Shown here: in pieces, positions 34,697 through 48,181 of the stretch
Position numbering within the stretch: position 1 is the first letter of the stretch
Layout of the letters: each line of letters opens with the position of its first letter
Origin: Anthoceros angustus
Lineage: Eukaryota > Plantae > Anthocerotophyta
Direction of reading: 5' to 3'
Assembly: GCA_010909165.1 (NCBI GenBank)
Contig: MU008202.1
Coordinates: 372,001 to 436,000 of the forward strand
Length of the DNA stretch: 64,000 nucleotides
Position numbers and translations under genes: made by a program
Notes under the pieces: model-generated
Told to the model about the DNA's origin: nothing
Seen by the model: only the letters and a program-made list of their open reading frames with translations
Database searches by the model: none

Positions 34697-37465
34697 ATAT
34701 TATTTAGGGTTTTGTGGTGTAGAATCATAATATCATACACCGTAGAAGGTTTTTTTATTTTTATTTGTTTTTAATTTTAAATAATTATTTACTTAGAAGT
34801 AGAAAAATAATCATGTACTTGCCGAAAACCAAGTATATAGATTTTTCAATACTCGAACCAGCCCGATTTACCAATACTCGAACCACCCCGCTCTAGCTCG
34901 CGACTAATTAACCCCAGAAGGCCGGCTGCCTTTTTGCCCCATTTTTGGCGTTTTTGCTGTTATTATGAATTACTAATTACAGGAAAATCTGACCTCAATG
35001 TTCTCAATACCACAATTACCGTGAGGACCTCCTCTTTCCAACCATATGATCAGAAAAAAGCACCACCCCCTCAATGAACATGCACAAATTTCCATAGCCA
35101 TTTCCATCCACCTTGGGCACGACCGTGAGGTGAGCATCTTTCTTTGCCTACCAATGTGTACATACTTGCTCGTTGAGCAAACTACACTACTAGATTCCCC
35201 ACATTCAGCACAACAAGCTCGCAAAATTTAGGATGAATTCGAGTTTCTTTCATTGACCAAAACAATTTTGAAAAATCAAATCCAACATCAAACCAGTCCA
35301 AAACTAGTGAACCCCCTTAGCGCCCAGCTCCAGCAGTGAAGCCGGAGTGTACCCCCAATCCCGCACGTACTGTCCCCATTACCGGCGCCCACCCGTTCGC
35401 GACCGCGCATGGCCTGGCCCTCCTACCCAACCCAAACAAGCGACAGGCCGTCCACCCACTACCACCAACCGGTGCCTCCTCTCTCCTGTCCTCCATCGCA
35501 GCCCCCTCTCAATCCTCGGACTTTGCCTGCCTTACAAGCCTGGGAAACATAAAAACAACTTGCCTTACCTCAATCTTCAGCGGGTGCCTGAGACTGCGCG
35601 GAGGAAACAAAAATGCATGTGATCTTCCCGCCACCAGCGCATACCCGCGGCGCCCCCCCATTGCGTGGCATACTCGGACAATCAAGTCACACGCCTCTAG
35701 AACTTGGAAACGCCCTCATCTGTCACGTTGAAATGCAGATAGCAAAGTGCTCAGTTCTGTTGTAGACGAAGGGAAGCCTGTGCTGGCATTCGAAGAAGTT
35801 TGCCCCGTCGACATCCTTCTGCACAATGCTCATGTTTCCCACAAGACGGGAAGGAGTTACCACCACGTTCCTCAGACACTTATGCGGACCAATCCAGATG
35901 CACATGTGAAAGGGCTCCCACTCCGACCCAACTGTCCGCATGCAAGTCTTGAATCCCCATTCTGAACCCGCGACATAATCTAGCTCCCTCTCTATCAGCT
36001 GCCAGAGATTGCCGCCAATTCTCCTTTCCTTCTCAGAAGAATTCTGATGCGCCCCAACTGCTATTTCTTTCTCCACAACTACAATGTCGAATTCGCTCCC
36101 GAATAGTGCAGGCTCAAAAACCATGGTAACTGCCAGCGTTCCAATCTCGATCGTCAAGCTTGCCGTCCGCAACACCTCCACACTCCTTATCGCAGCAAGG
36201 ACTATTGCGACGTGCTTGCCTAGCTCCTTAGCGCGCTCTAGCATCCCCTGCCCAAGCCGTGCAGCCGTTGCTCCCATCTGCAAACAGGGCTCCCTGAGGC
36301 TGCATTTTCCCCTAGCCCTTCCTCTCCCACAGGCTCCTTCGACTCCTCTGTTCTTGATGTGGGATACAATTTATGTTTGTGGTTGGAGGTCAAAATTTCT
36401 TGAGCGCAAGAATTGTCTTCACCACCTTTTTCCCTCCTGGGTCTCAGGGGCCCACCGCCTTAGCGCCGATGCACCTCACTCACGGCCTTTAGGAGTTCCA
36501 AGTGGTAGTAGGCGAAGTTCGAGTCTACTTGCTGGATGGCTTCCTCCACATGGGCCCGCAAGGCTCGATACTCCCACCTCCATTGGTGCTCGTAGTGCGT
36601 GCTCCCCCACTCGGGCCGTCGCCTTCCGCCTTCCAGCCGAGCCTTGGCGGCATCTCGAGAGGCCATAAGGGAAGCCTCCTGAGCTCCCCGGAGCCGCCGC
36701 TCACGGCGTGCTCCCTTCCCCTGCTCCGCCTTGCATCTGCCAAGCGCCCGCCAACATCCTTTGATTCGATCCTTGGAAATCGCCTCTCTCTTCCCTTTCT
36801 CCTCCAGGCTTTCCTTGGCGAGCAGCTGGTCAGGCCATCCCATCCCATCCCATCCTCCTCCTCCTCTTCTTCTCGGTGAGACACGCAAAGCGTCAATAAT
36901 AATCAGCCTCTTCCTCGCCATGATGCTCAGACACCCTGAAGGAGTCCACTGCAAAGCGAGCTCGCCGCCTTACTTCCTTCGTACGTCGGCTATACAGACA
37001 AGTATTTGTATGCACAGGCTCAGACAATCTACACCGGTACCTTGTCCTTGAGTTTCTGCGAACGACCTGCGGGTCAATGGCAGTCGACGAATCCAAATGC
37101 GGAGGGAGTGGAAATCGGAGTGTCTCCGTGTGCATTGAAAGAGAGCAGTTACCAGTATCACCGCATTCCTACTGGCTTCCTCACCACGATCGCAACCTGC
37201 CAGTTCATTCACGTCAAGGGTCCATGGCTGCAGTTCCTGGTCAAGTTCCATTGCACCAAAAGGAATTCGAAGACGCTCGCCAGCCAACCCTCAGTGTCAC
37301 GACTACATATGGCTACAAATAGTGGAGCCACACAAGCTTACGTCATCCGTTCCTCTCCTTCGACAGTTAAAGTTGTCTCTGGACATTCCACCTGGAGGCT
37401 GGAGCGCACCACTCCGCCTCCTCGAGTCGACCAAAAGTGAAGACCCCACCAAGTGAAGCTGCTAA

Positions 37466-37690
37466 ATGGCGCGCCTGCAGCTGCAGCTGGGTTGGACGAT
37501 GTTTGTCTCCTTCGCCGTCATGTACGCTGTTATGCACGCATTGGCCGCAGACGAGGACCCCAACAGGACTTGTAGGATGGTGACCGGCACCCCGGCCATC
37601 AACGGCTTCCCCTGCAACACGGCGAGCGCCACCGTGGCAGCCGACTTCAAGTCGTCCGTGCTGGCCACGCCACGCAACACTAACGACAAT
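37466..37690 (+). pseudogene. germin-like protein 5' fragment, copy 2
   Basis: MARLQLQLGWTMFVSFAVMYAVMHALAADEDP...AINGFPCNTASATVAADFKSSVLATPRNTNDN, then runs into AT-rich sequence. Confidence 0.72.
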
Positions 37691-38049
37691 ATATTATTTA
37701 GGGTTTTGTGGTGTAGAATCATAATATCATACACCGTAGAAGGTTTTTTATTTTTATTTGTTTTAATTTTAAATAATTATTTACTTAGAAGTAGAAAAAT
37801 AATCATGTACTTGCCGAAAACCAAGTATATAGATTTTTCAATACTGAACCAGCCCGATTTACCAATACTGAACCACCGAGTGGTCTCCCACTCCGACCCA
37901 ACTGTCGCATGCAAGTCTTGAATCCCCATTCGAACCCGCGACATAATCTAGCTCCTCTATCACCGCCGAGATTGCCGCCAATTCTCCTTTCCTTCTCGGA
38001 AGAATTGGCGCTCTCGCTATTTCTTTCTCCACAACTACAATGTCGAATT

Positions 38050-41000
38050 CGCCCCGAATAGTGCAGCTCAAAACCATGGTAATCGCCATTGCCCAATCTC
38101 GATCGTCAAGCTTGCCGTCCGCAACACCTCCACACTCCTTATCGCAGCAAGGACTATTGCGACGTGCTTGCCTAGCTCCTTAGCGCGCTCTAGCATCCCC
38201 TGCCCAAGCCGTGCAGCCGTTGCTCCCATCTGCAAACAGGGCTCCCTGAGGCTGCATTTTCCCCTAGCCCTTCCTCTCCCACAGGCTCCTTCGACTCCTC
38301 TGTTCTTGATGTGGGATACAATTTATGTTTGTGGTTGGAGGTCAAAATTTCTTGAGCCAGACGAAGAATTGTCTTCACCAGCCTTTTTTCCCTCTGGGTC
38401 TCTGTGGGGCCTACTGCCTTAGCGGGCTGATGCACCTCACTCACGGCCTTTAGGAGTTCCAAGTGGTAGTAGGCGAAGTTCGAGTCTACTTGCTGGATGG
38501 CTTCCTCCACATGGGCCCGCAAGGCTCGATACTCCCACCTCCATTGGTGCTCAGGTAGTCGGGCGTGCTCCCCCACTCGCTGGGCCGTCTCGTCTTCCAG
38601 TCCTTCCAGCCGAGCCTTGGCGGCATCTCGAGAGGCCATAAGGGAAGCCTCCGTGAGCTCCCCGGAGCCGCCGCTCACGGCGTGCTCCCTTCCCTGCTCC
38701 GCCTTGCAGTTTCCTGGCGTCGCCACGACCTAGATTTGCCCCTCTACTTGACGCAGTCGGATCAGCAACTTTTGCTCCTCCACCTTCCACTAGTGCCGAT
38801 CGGCCACCTCCCCGCTGAGGCATTCTACTTCCTTCTGGAGTTACTCCGGGACCTGAACCAGCTGAGTGGTCTCCTTGAGCTCCTTTGAGAGCTCCTAGAC
38901 ATCCAGTTGTTTGCTTCTACAGCGGATCTTCTCCGCCCCGAGGCTGAGTTGGAGCCGGTCCACCTCTCGCTCGAAGTTCTCGATCTTGCCTTGCAGAAGT
39001 CAGTTCCTTTCTTCCACCACATGGAGCCGCAATTCCAGGGTCTCCTTCTCCGCTTCCCTTAGCTGCCGCACCTCCTCAACCCCTTGGAGCTCGTTGGGAG
39101 TTCCCTTAGCTCACCAAGTGCATTTCATTTCCATGGGCAACCCGAGCTTGGCAACCTTAGCTCGCCAAGTTCCCTTACCCGGGTCTCCCTTTAGGTTGGC
39201 GACCTCCTGCTCTCGCTCCCTCAGTCGGGTTATGGTTACTCCAGCCGCTTCCCTCTACCAATTCCAGTCCCGGCGGTAGTGTTCCTGGTCCAACCTGGCT
39301 CTTGCCTCTGCGTCCCTCACTTCCTTAAGTTGGGACTCCAGGGCTTGTCGCTCTTCTTGCCGGGCGGTCTCTTCTGCCTCTCGGGCTTCTTCCGCTGGTC
39401 GCCAGTGCCTTCTCGGTTGCGTGTTGTGCCTTCTCCAGCTCTTGGCTCAAGGCCTCTGCTTGGGCTTGGGCCTCTTGCGCCTGTTTCGGTCCTGTAGAGC
39501 GGACCTAGCCTCCCGTTCTGCTGTTCGGTGCTTCTCCTCCTCGATTCTTGCCAGGTTCTCCGCCTTCAGCCTGGCAGCCTGGGCCGCTTTTGTTTGGCCT
39601 TGGAGCTTGACCATGCGTCGCCGAGTGGCCTCGACCTCCTGCGTCTTCTCGGAGGCTTGTTAAAGCCCCTGTGCCATGCCGTCCGCTAGAGCGGTCAAGA
39701 CCCTCCGAGCTCCTTCGACGTGGCGGGTGAGCTTCCTTCAAACTCACTTCCTTAAGTTAGGACCTGTGGCTTGTCGCTCTTCTTGCCGGGCGGTCTCTTC
39801 CGCCTCTCGGGCTTCACCGGGTCGCTGCCTTCTCATGTGTTGTGCCTTCTCCAGCTCTTGGCTCAAGGCCTCTGCACAGGCTTGGGCCTCTGCGCTGTTC
39901 GATCGTGAAGAGCGGACCTAGCCTCCTGCTCGGTGCTTCTCCTCCTCGATTCTTGCTGTGTTCTCCGCCTCACCGGCACTGGCCGCTTTGTTTGGCCTGA
40001 GCTTGACCATGCGCCGAAAGTGGCCTCGACCTCCTGCCTTCCTGAGGCTTGTTAAAGCCCCTGTGCCATGCCGTCCGCTAGAGCGGTCAAGACCCTCCGA
40101 GCTCCTTCGACGGCCGTGGCGGGTGAGCTTCCTTCAAACTCACTTCCTTAAGTTAGGACCTGTGGCTTGTCGCTCTTCCTACCGGACTGCGCCTCCTGCT
40201 CACCGGGTCGCCTGTGCCTTCTCATGTGTTGTGCCTTCTCCAGCTCTTGGCTCAAGGCCTCTGCACAGGCTTGGGCCTCTGCGCTGTTCGATCGTGAAGA
40301 GCGACCTAGCCTCCTGCCTGCTCGGTGCTTCTCCTCCTCGATTCTTGCTAGGTTTTCCGCCTCACCGGCTGGGCCGCTTTGTTTGGCCTTGGAGCTTGAC
40401 CATGCCGAGTGGCCTCGACCTCCTGCGTCTTCTCGGAGGCTTGTTAAAGCCCCTGTGCCATGCCGTCGCTAGAGCGGTCAAGACCCTCCGAGCTCCTTCG
40501 ACGTGGCGGGTGAGCTTCCTTCAAACTCACTTCCTTAAGTTAGGACCTGTGGCTTGTCGCTCTTCTTGCCGGGCGGTCTCTTCCGCCTCTCGGGCTTCAC
40601 CGGGTCGCTGCCTTCTCATGTTGTGCCTTCTCCAGCTCTTGGCTCAAGGCCTGGGCTTGGGCCTCTGCGCTGTTCGATCGTGAAGAGCGACCTAGCCTCC
40701 TGCCTGCTCGGTGCTTCTCCTCGATTCTTGCTAGGTTTTCCGCCTCACCGGCACTGGCCGCTTTGTTTGGCCTCGAGCTTGACCATGCGTCGCCGAGTGG
40801 CCTCGACCTCCCATGTCTTCTCGGAGGCTTGTTAAAGCCCCTGTGCCATGCCGTCGCTAGAGCGGTCAAGACCCTCCGAGCTCCTTCGACGTGAGCTTCC
40901 TTCAAACTCACTTCCTTAAGTTAGGACTGTGGCTTGTCGCTCTTCCTCACCGGCGGACTCTGCGCCTCTCGGGCTTCTTCCTGTGCCTTCTCATGTGTTG

Positions 41001-43440
41001 TGCCTTCTCCAGCTCTTGGCTCAAGGCCTCTGCTTGGGCTTGGGCCTCTTGCGCCTGTTTCGGTCCTGTAGAGCGGACCTAGCCTCCCGTTCTGCTGTTC
41101 GGTGCTTCTCCTCCTCGATTCTTGCCAGGTTCTCCGCCTTCAGCCTGGCAGCCTGGGCCGCTTTTGTTTGGCCTTGGAGCTTGACCATGCGTCGCCGAGT
41201 GGCCTCGACCTCCTGCGTCTTCTCGGAGGCTTGTTAAAGCCCCCAGGCCATGCCGTCCGCTAGAGCGGTCAAGACCCTCCGAGCTCCTTCGACGGCCGTG
41301 GCGGGTGAGCTTCCTTCAAACTCACTTCCTTAAGTTAGGACTCCAGGGCTTGTCGCTCTTCCTACCGGGCGGACTCTGCTGCCTCTCGGGCTTCTTCCGC
41401 CTCACCGGGTCGCCTGCCTTCTGCGTCAGTGCCTTCTCCGACTCTTGGCTCAAGGCCTGGCGCCTCGGGCTTGGGGCCTCTGCGCTGTTCGATCGTGAAG
41501 AGCGGACCTAGCCTCCTGCCTGCTATTCTGCTTCTCCTCCTCGATTCTTGCTAGGTTTTCCGCCTCACCGGCTGGGCCGCTTTGTTTGGCCTTGAGCTTG
41601 ACCATGCGCCGAGTGGCCTCGACCTCCTGCCTTCCTGAGGCTTGTTAAAGCCCCTGTGCCATGCCGTCTGGCCAGAGTCAAGACCCTCCGAGCTCCTTCG
41701 ACGGCGGGTGAGCTTCCTTCAAACTCACTTCCTGTTAGGACCTGTGGCTTGTCGCTCTTCCCACCGGCGGACTCGCCTCCTGCTCACCGGGTCGCCTGCC
41801 TTCTCGGCACGGCCTTCTCCAGCTCTTGGCTCAAGGCCTCTGCACAGGCTTGGGGCCTCTGCTTCGATCGTGAAGAGCGGACCTAGCCTCCTGCCTGCTA
41901 TTCTGCTTCTCCTCCTCGATTCTTGCTAGGTTTTCCGCCCTCAGCCTGGCAGCCTGGGCCGCTTTTGTTTGGCCTTGGAGCTTGACCATGCGTCGCCGAG
42001 TGGCCTCGACCTCCTATGTCTTCTCAGAGGCTCGTTAAAGCCCCCAGGCCATGCCGTCCACTACAGGAGTCAAGACCCTCTGAGCTCCTTCGACGGCCGT
42101 GGCGGGTGAGCTTCCTTCAAACTCCTTTGAAGGTGTGGGAATCTCTCGGCCCACCAAGGTCTGCCAAACCGCTCGTCGGAGTTAGTCTGGACCAAGCGCT
42201 CCGACCTCAATTAGGAGGCCTAGGTCTTCTCCGTCCTGCACTGGACCTTCCACCTCCTTGGCCCTTTTGGCAACTCCTTTTGTGCCCTCCTACGCTTGGG
42301 GTCCGGTGGGGGCGACGGAGTTCGGGATCTGGCCCGTTTTCCCCTCTTAGTGAGGGAAAGCACTAGTTCGTGGTGCGGCTGCTGCTAATGTCCGCCCGCC
42401 CCTTAGGCCGTGTCTCGCTCCGTTCGTCCGACAACCAACTTCGCTTCTGCCCACTCTTCATTCACCGGTAGGGGTAGTGGTGCGGCCACCTCCAACGCGG
42501 CCACCTCCAACGCCTTCTTCTTCCAGCCCTCCGTCCTGGTCCGGCGTGGCTCCACTGGGGCGGCTAGGGTTGGCCTTGTCACTGCTGGAGTTGCCCCCAC
42601 TGGCGCAACTCCTGGCTTTGCCAGAACAATCCCAATCCAACTCCAATCTTCCTTGGCCTGATTATGCTGGGTCCAAGGCTCTGCTGTAGGCCTGCTGTCC
42701 GGGACTTGCTCCTCCTCATCTCTCCCCGCAATCAGCAGGTGCATTAACCTCCGGCGGAGTGTGCGCTCCTCCTCACCCTCCTTAAGGAGGTTGTTGTGCC
42801 CCCGGACATGTAGGATGAAGGGGGACAACCCCGGCGAATGCAACTTCCGTGCCTCTTGCTCTATCCGGGCGAAAATGATCCGCCCCCAATCCGCTCGATT
42901 CCCCGTCAATGCAGCCTGACCAAGGCTTTGTGGCATCCTACGAGGTAGGGCTTCAAGCTTGGAGCTGACGAAAGTGGTGACAAAAGTTTTGCTGACATGC
43001 TTGGAGATTGGTCTAGAGGTTGGCCTGGAGGAGAAACAGTCTCTGGTTGGGTATTTCTCAAGTTCAAATTGGAGGGTCCAAGAGCTGCATGGTGGGTTTC
43101 GAATCCGGTGATAAGCCACTCTTGAGCGTCTTTGCTAGGTGGACATCTTTGGGTGAGGCGAAACCCAATAGGTTGTCCCCAGAAGATCTACCTTCATGAG
43201 CATGTTCCAGAGGACAATAATTTTGGCCACCGCCCTCCCCCGCTGGTCCTTCATGTTCGACATCAACCACCCATTGGAGGCCCTCTGGGCGTCTGTTCTC
43301 AACAGCGCCGCCTTTGCAACCTCCAGCTTCCCCTTCCCCTTAAGTGGCTCTGGCACCACCCCTCTGATCTCCTCCGCGGGCCGGTTGTACAGCGTCTAAG
43401 GCTCAAGGGTCTTTGCTGCTTTCTTGGGGGCCATGCCGCT
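38050..43440 (-). mobile_element. degenerate long ORF of probable retrotransposon accessory type (basic N-terminus, DWGRIIF motif, long E/A/R/K coiled-coil region)
   Basis: Fragments MAPKKAAKTLEP, PEPLKGKGKLEV, ALTGNRADWGRIIFARIEQEARKL, AENLARIEEKHR, ALRAHVEEAIQQVDSNFAYYHLELL in shifting frames. No RT or integrase seen, so the family call is an inference. Confidence 0.5.
39316..42125. repeat. tandem array, about 7 units of 380-430 bp
   Basis: Anchor ctcacttcct(taa)gtt[ag]ggac at about 39316, 39743, 40139, 40525, 40907, 41321, 41724; the array ends near 42122. Confidence 0.93.
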
Positions 43441-45639
43441 ACGCTGGTCGCCTCCCTTGCAAAGTAGCTCCGGCGCCGTTGCAACTCCCGTCGTCTTTAA
43501 CCTCAAAGGAAGAAGGTGCGCTGAGACGACCTGAGCCCTTGAAGACGGAGCGTTTGAGCGCTGGAAGAGCAACCGCCAGAGGGCCGGGTGACGAAGCACG
43601 AGAGACTGAGAGAACTGCCAAGACACCAAGTCTGGGAGTCTTCTTCTCTCAGCTGCAATTCAGCGGGCGTAATTATCGCGCGGGAAGGTGTCCTTTCGTT
43701 GCCAGTAACTACCACCCCTCTGCATCTTGTATAGCAGTTTCACGCCCGCCGCCTTCTTGGCGCATGTCCTCGGGTCTTGACTACCTACCTGTAACGGCTT
43801 CTGGCAAGTGTGTGGTTCTGGCTTTCTGCATGTCAGACGGCCCCATGCCACCATCCATGTGTCATCCTTCCGTAATTACGACCCACTCTATCGGACTTGC
43901 CTTTCTCATCCCCACAGGACCCCCCTTCGGACCTTCTCCGGTCCTCCTCCGGAGCTGCTCCAGACCCTGCTTTCCTTGATACCTGCGACCATCCTCAGGA
44001 GCTCCTCCGGACCTTGCCTATAGCGGAGTTGCTGCCACTCCTGCGTAACTGGCCAGATAGGCCTTATTATCCACGCGTATCCCTTATTTTTCACACAAAA
44101 GGTACGTTCTCGCTTATGTAGTCACCTTGGAAGGGTGTGACTGTTCACATCTGGGATCTGCTTATCTATCTAGGATGTACCATTCAACAAGAGGAAGTCC
44201 AACTCATTCAATAAGGAGCTTCTCCTTTGTCTTCGTCGCTGCGGTGATAAGCCAGCTCTTGTGTTGGTGGCATCCAGTGTCACGCCTTCATCCAGTGCCA
44301 CCAACCGTCGCAATATGGCGAGAGGAGTGTCCCCTCCACTCGCCCTAAGGCCTACGCTCCCTTGGGTGCCTAGGGTAGCATACTCTAGCCCATCCACGCC
44401 TCTGCATGCACACAAAGCCACATTGTGGTGTCAGCTAGACAATTGCATTTGTCTGTATCGCACATGGAAACTAAACCATGCTCACAGGCTGGAAGTCTGG
44501 CCATTGCTCATTGACAAGCCTTCCGGAGGGAACCCGTCCATGAGCAAAAAACACACAAAATAGTTTTTGCCTGTCTGCAGGCAATTTTAAGCACAGAGGG
44601 ACCACTTGGTTTCATGCCTTTTAAGCAATATCACAATGCTTGTCCTGGACCAGCGCAGTCCCTCTTAAATATTCGGAACACAAGGGGGGCAAAAATCACT
44701 CGGGAAAAACAACCAGTTTTTTTACGAGCTTTTCTAAAACATTTGAGGTTGGCCGATACATCAGCGCAAAGCGCATGCTCGTAAAAAACAGCCGACCTAC
44801 ATTTGAAAAAGACATCCGAGTAACTACTTTCAAAATGAGGGTCAACCGGCACCATGTAAAGCGTTCAAAGCTAATCTATGTCTATTGGCTCCCCTTATAA
44901 ACAAACCTTTTGGACAATATTGAGTTTGAAAGGGCTTTAAAATGTGGATCTTTGAGTGTCTTTTTCATTATAATCAAACTTCTGACACCTGAGAAAACCT
45001 TCAAAACCCATAGGCAAGCATATCCTTGGATGAGTGCACCGGTCGATAGGAGCACTGCTAGTCAAAACGGACGCATCTCGTCTGTTGTCCGACCACGGTG
45101 TAATATTGCGACATCCTGTTCGAGAGTGTGGCGCAACGCGATAGGCGAAATGGCGAGGCGCACTGGGCGGTGATGTGCATAAGCATTGAAACCTTGGAAT
45201 CGATGCACAAATATAGAGGTCGAAACGGAAACCGTGATAATGGAGTGGAGAGGAATGGCGTGGCCGTGGCCACGTGGCTACACAGAGCACCGCAGGGCCA
45301 CCAGTGGCCGAAGTAGGGAATATTCAGTGGATATGCGTTGTGACCGGGACGAGAGAATCTCGTCCACCGTCTACTTGGGTCACCGATGACGGGCTAGAGG
45401 GGGTCTACACCGGCTCAAGAATAACATTAGAGGGCTCATTGTGATGGCTTCGGCTATCCGTTGTCATGTACCTTTGCCTTGTTCCATGGCATGTTATGGG
45501 AATCAATAATTGAAGCACACCAATGGGGATGGAGATGGCGTTCATTTTTTCTAATCTAAAATTCTTCATGCTCACCAGAATGCCAGGCACATATGCTCAA
45601 AGGTCCGCCGTCCAAAATCGGTGCGAAATATCCTTGACC

Positions 45640-46037
45640 ACATAATGCCAATTGTGCTGCCATCGGTAGCGTACCGCGTAGTCTGTCCTTGTGTCCATTC
45701 GGACACCCCGTCCACCATGCCGTTCACCCTATTGACTCACTTCATTTTGTAGCGGGAAGCGCACCTTCTTCCACAAATCGTGAACCTTATTTAGAAACCA
45801 TTGCTTTGCTTAAGCGAGGCGGACATGGATTCGTTTCTGCGTTAGCCTCGTGAAAGTATGTTCTCGTACGTCAGTGGTGGTTTCAGTGGTGGTTTCAGTG
45901 GTCAAGATCAGTGGCAAGTGGTGGTTTCAGTGGTCAAGATCAGTGGCAAGGGAGCGGCTTCGCAGAAGGCTTCAATAAGTGGTTTCTCGCGAGGCTCACA
46001 AGTGAGTGATTTTTCTTCTGCCAATAACTTTCCATTT
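45640..46037. repeat. uninterrupted copy of the dispersed repeat into which copia B inserted
   Basis: Homologous to about 8637-8936 joined to 17013-17039; reads ...ggctcacaagtgAGTGAtttttcttctgccaataactttccatt with no LTR. Confidence 0.88.
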
Positions 46038-46376
46038 AGAGATAAGTGTAGTGTCAAAAAAGGCAAAAAGTAGAATACACAAACGTACATCTAAATCAAA
46101 GAAATAATAATTATTTGAGATAAGAGAAAACAGAGGCAAAAGCTAACAACAAGGCCTACGGATGATGAAGAAACTTAGAAAGACAAAGGTTAGAGAGCTT
46201 AGGGATATAAAAAGAGAAAAATTTGCTTAAGGTAAAATTATTTTTCTTCTTTATCACCACCTCCACCTCTAGCATGTGGTCTCTATTTTGGATCAGCGGT
46301 TGACAATGTCTTTCTCTAAGTTCCGGGTTAAATAGTGTTGAATCTTATAATCCCTGTTGTTCTTTGATGGCCATGT

Positions 46377-48181
46377 GTGGAGTGTGAATTTGTGTCTAGG
46401 GACACCGTGAGGTCCACATTCACCCTCAATGTCGTTGTAGGCTTAGGATTCGCTCCCAAGGGAATGGTTTGTGCCAAGAGACGCTAACTTCTATCACTAC
46501 TGACCTTTGTCTAAATCGTGACTCGCCTGCTGTCACTCCTCTTACCTATCTACTCAACTGCTACTACCTCCCCGACTTGTCCAACTACCACCGATCTTAT
46601 TCCTCGACCACAGATCTTATTCCACAACCACCAATCTTATTCCACGACCGCAAATCTTATTCCACGATCATGGTGGCTCTCACCACTACCGGTAGTTGTT
46701 TGAACCGAGGTGGGTCCCACGCCAAACCCTAGCGACTTATTTTCTCAAGACGGCGCCATGGATCTCGCCACAAGGCTACCATCGTGCATGATCGACTTTA
46801 TTCGTGACTCCACACTTCATGCACACACACACCGATTCCTAGGGACCAAAGTTCCACAAATCCCTCTCAACCGCTTCACACACACACAAAGGACGCCACA
46901 CTCACACAATTCCACAAGGGAACGCTGTTTTCTCTTGTGCACACTTCCACCAACAGCACCGGTTTGGATCCTCCTTGATCCACACAAATCTCCACTGTTA
47001 GACTCTCAATTAGTTCTCCTTCTCAACTCCTCTTACACCTCGATCGCAGACAAAGGTTCACCACCCTTCACCCAATCTTCTCTCTCTCTCTCTCCTCTCC
47101 ACCCACACACACACACACACACACACACTCTCAATTTCGAACACAACCAATGTGAACAAGGGTGAAGGAAAGAAGAACCCCAAGGCCACAACAGCGTTAC
47201 GAGCAAGCTCCAGACCCGCCGCCAATCCCTCGATTTCCTCCTCCTTTGTCGCCAAGATTGCTCTATCACCCCTCCTCCCTTTGGAGCAAGCTCTCGACCA
47301 CCCCTAGGAGCGCCTCGCGACACCACCTCCGCTAATCTGGACGCTCCAACCAGCCACAAGCGTGGGATCTCAACCAGAGTTATCTCGATGTGAGGGGCAC
47401 AACCAAGCCCCTTTATACAATTGTCACGCCATAGCCACCGACTTTCTGTGTCCTAAAACGGTTGAACGCGAAGAGGCGCCCCTACAATTTCGGACGGCCT
47501 TAGGTCCAGGATGGCATCCTATCCAAAGTTCTATTCCTAGGATGCCACTACTCCCGCCCATGTTATCTCCACACCTCCTCCGATTTGGTCGCCTCGCCCT
47601 TCGCCCTTGCTGAATTTTATGGGTCCTCCTTCCTCGTTCTTTGATGGAAAATCCTCCCATAAACTCTCCACTGCTTTTTCCATGATCCCAAGTCCCAGCC
47701 TCCTCACCAATCCTCCACTGACCCTCCAATGGTCCATATTTGGCCATTGGGCGAAATTTCAGCTGCAACCTTGGGCGCCATGCTCTGCAAAACCCTCACG
47801 CCTATACCAATTGCTGATAACTCGCCTCAATCTCCAACTTGGCCGGGCCCCCTGTGGTTTCTTCCTTCCAGAATCGAGCCCCGCCGCCACTGTGGCCTCG
47901 CCTTCATGCCTGCCGAGCTCGTGCCTGTCGAGGTGTGGAGCTACCCATGCGCGCCTCGTGCCTTTCCGAGTTCCCTTAGGGTTATATTTCCCGGAAATTC
48001 TCACCGCCAACCGGCCCGCTACCACTTCTTCTTCCGCGACCGCCTCCTTCCTTCCACGACCGCCTCCCGCCGCCAACCGCCTTCAAACATAGTCCCCAGA
48101 CACCCCACGACCACACACCGCTCAACTACCGCTGGTTCGACCTCTAGCCTACGGACCGCCAAATATGGGGACCCTCCCACA
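46377..48181. mobile_element. possible LTR-like fragment
   Basis: TGTGGA...TCCCACA ends, internal 20-bp tandem repeats at 46588-46668, (CT)n/(CA)n tracts, minus-strand TATA (tgtataaagggg) near 47410. No TSD found. Confidence 0.35.

Larger units (their letters stand above)
33724..38708. repeat. local duplication A-B-C-A'-C' (A 33724-34887 / 36727-37877; C 35915-36735 / 37885-38708)
   Basis: Near-identical ~1.15-kb and ~0.82-kb blocks. CGCCTTGCA is shared at 33724, 36727 and 38700. Confidence 0.92.

Noticed and set aside
33724-37877. Blocks A and A' as the LTR pair of a retroelement
   Set aside because: No TG...CA termini, PBS or TSD; block C is also duplicated, and junction microhomology fits tandem duplication better.
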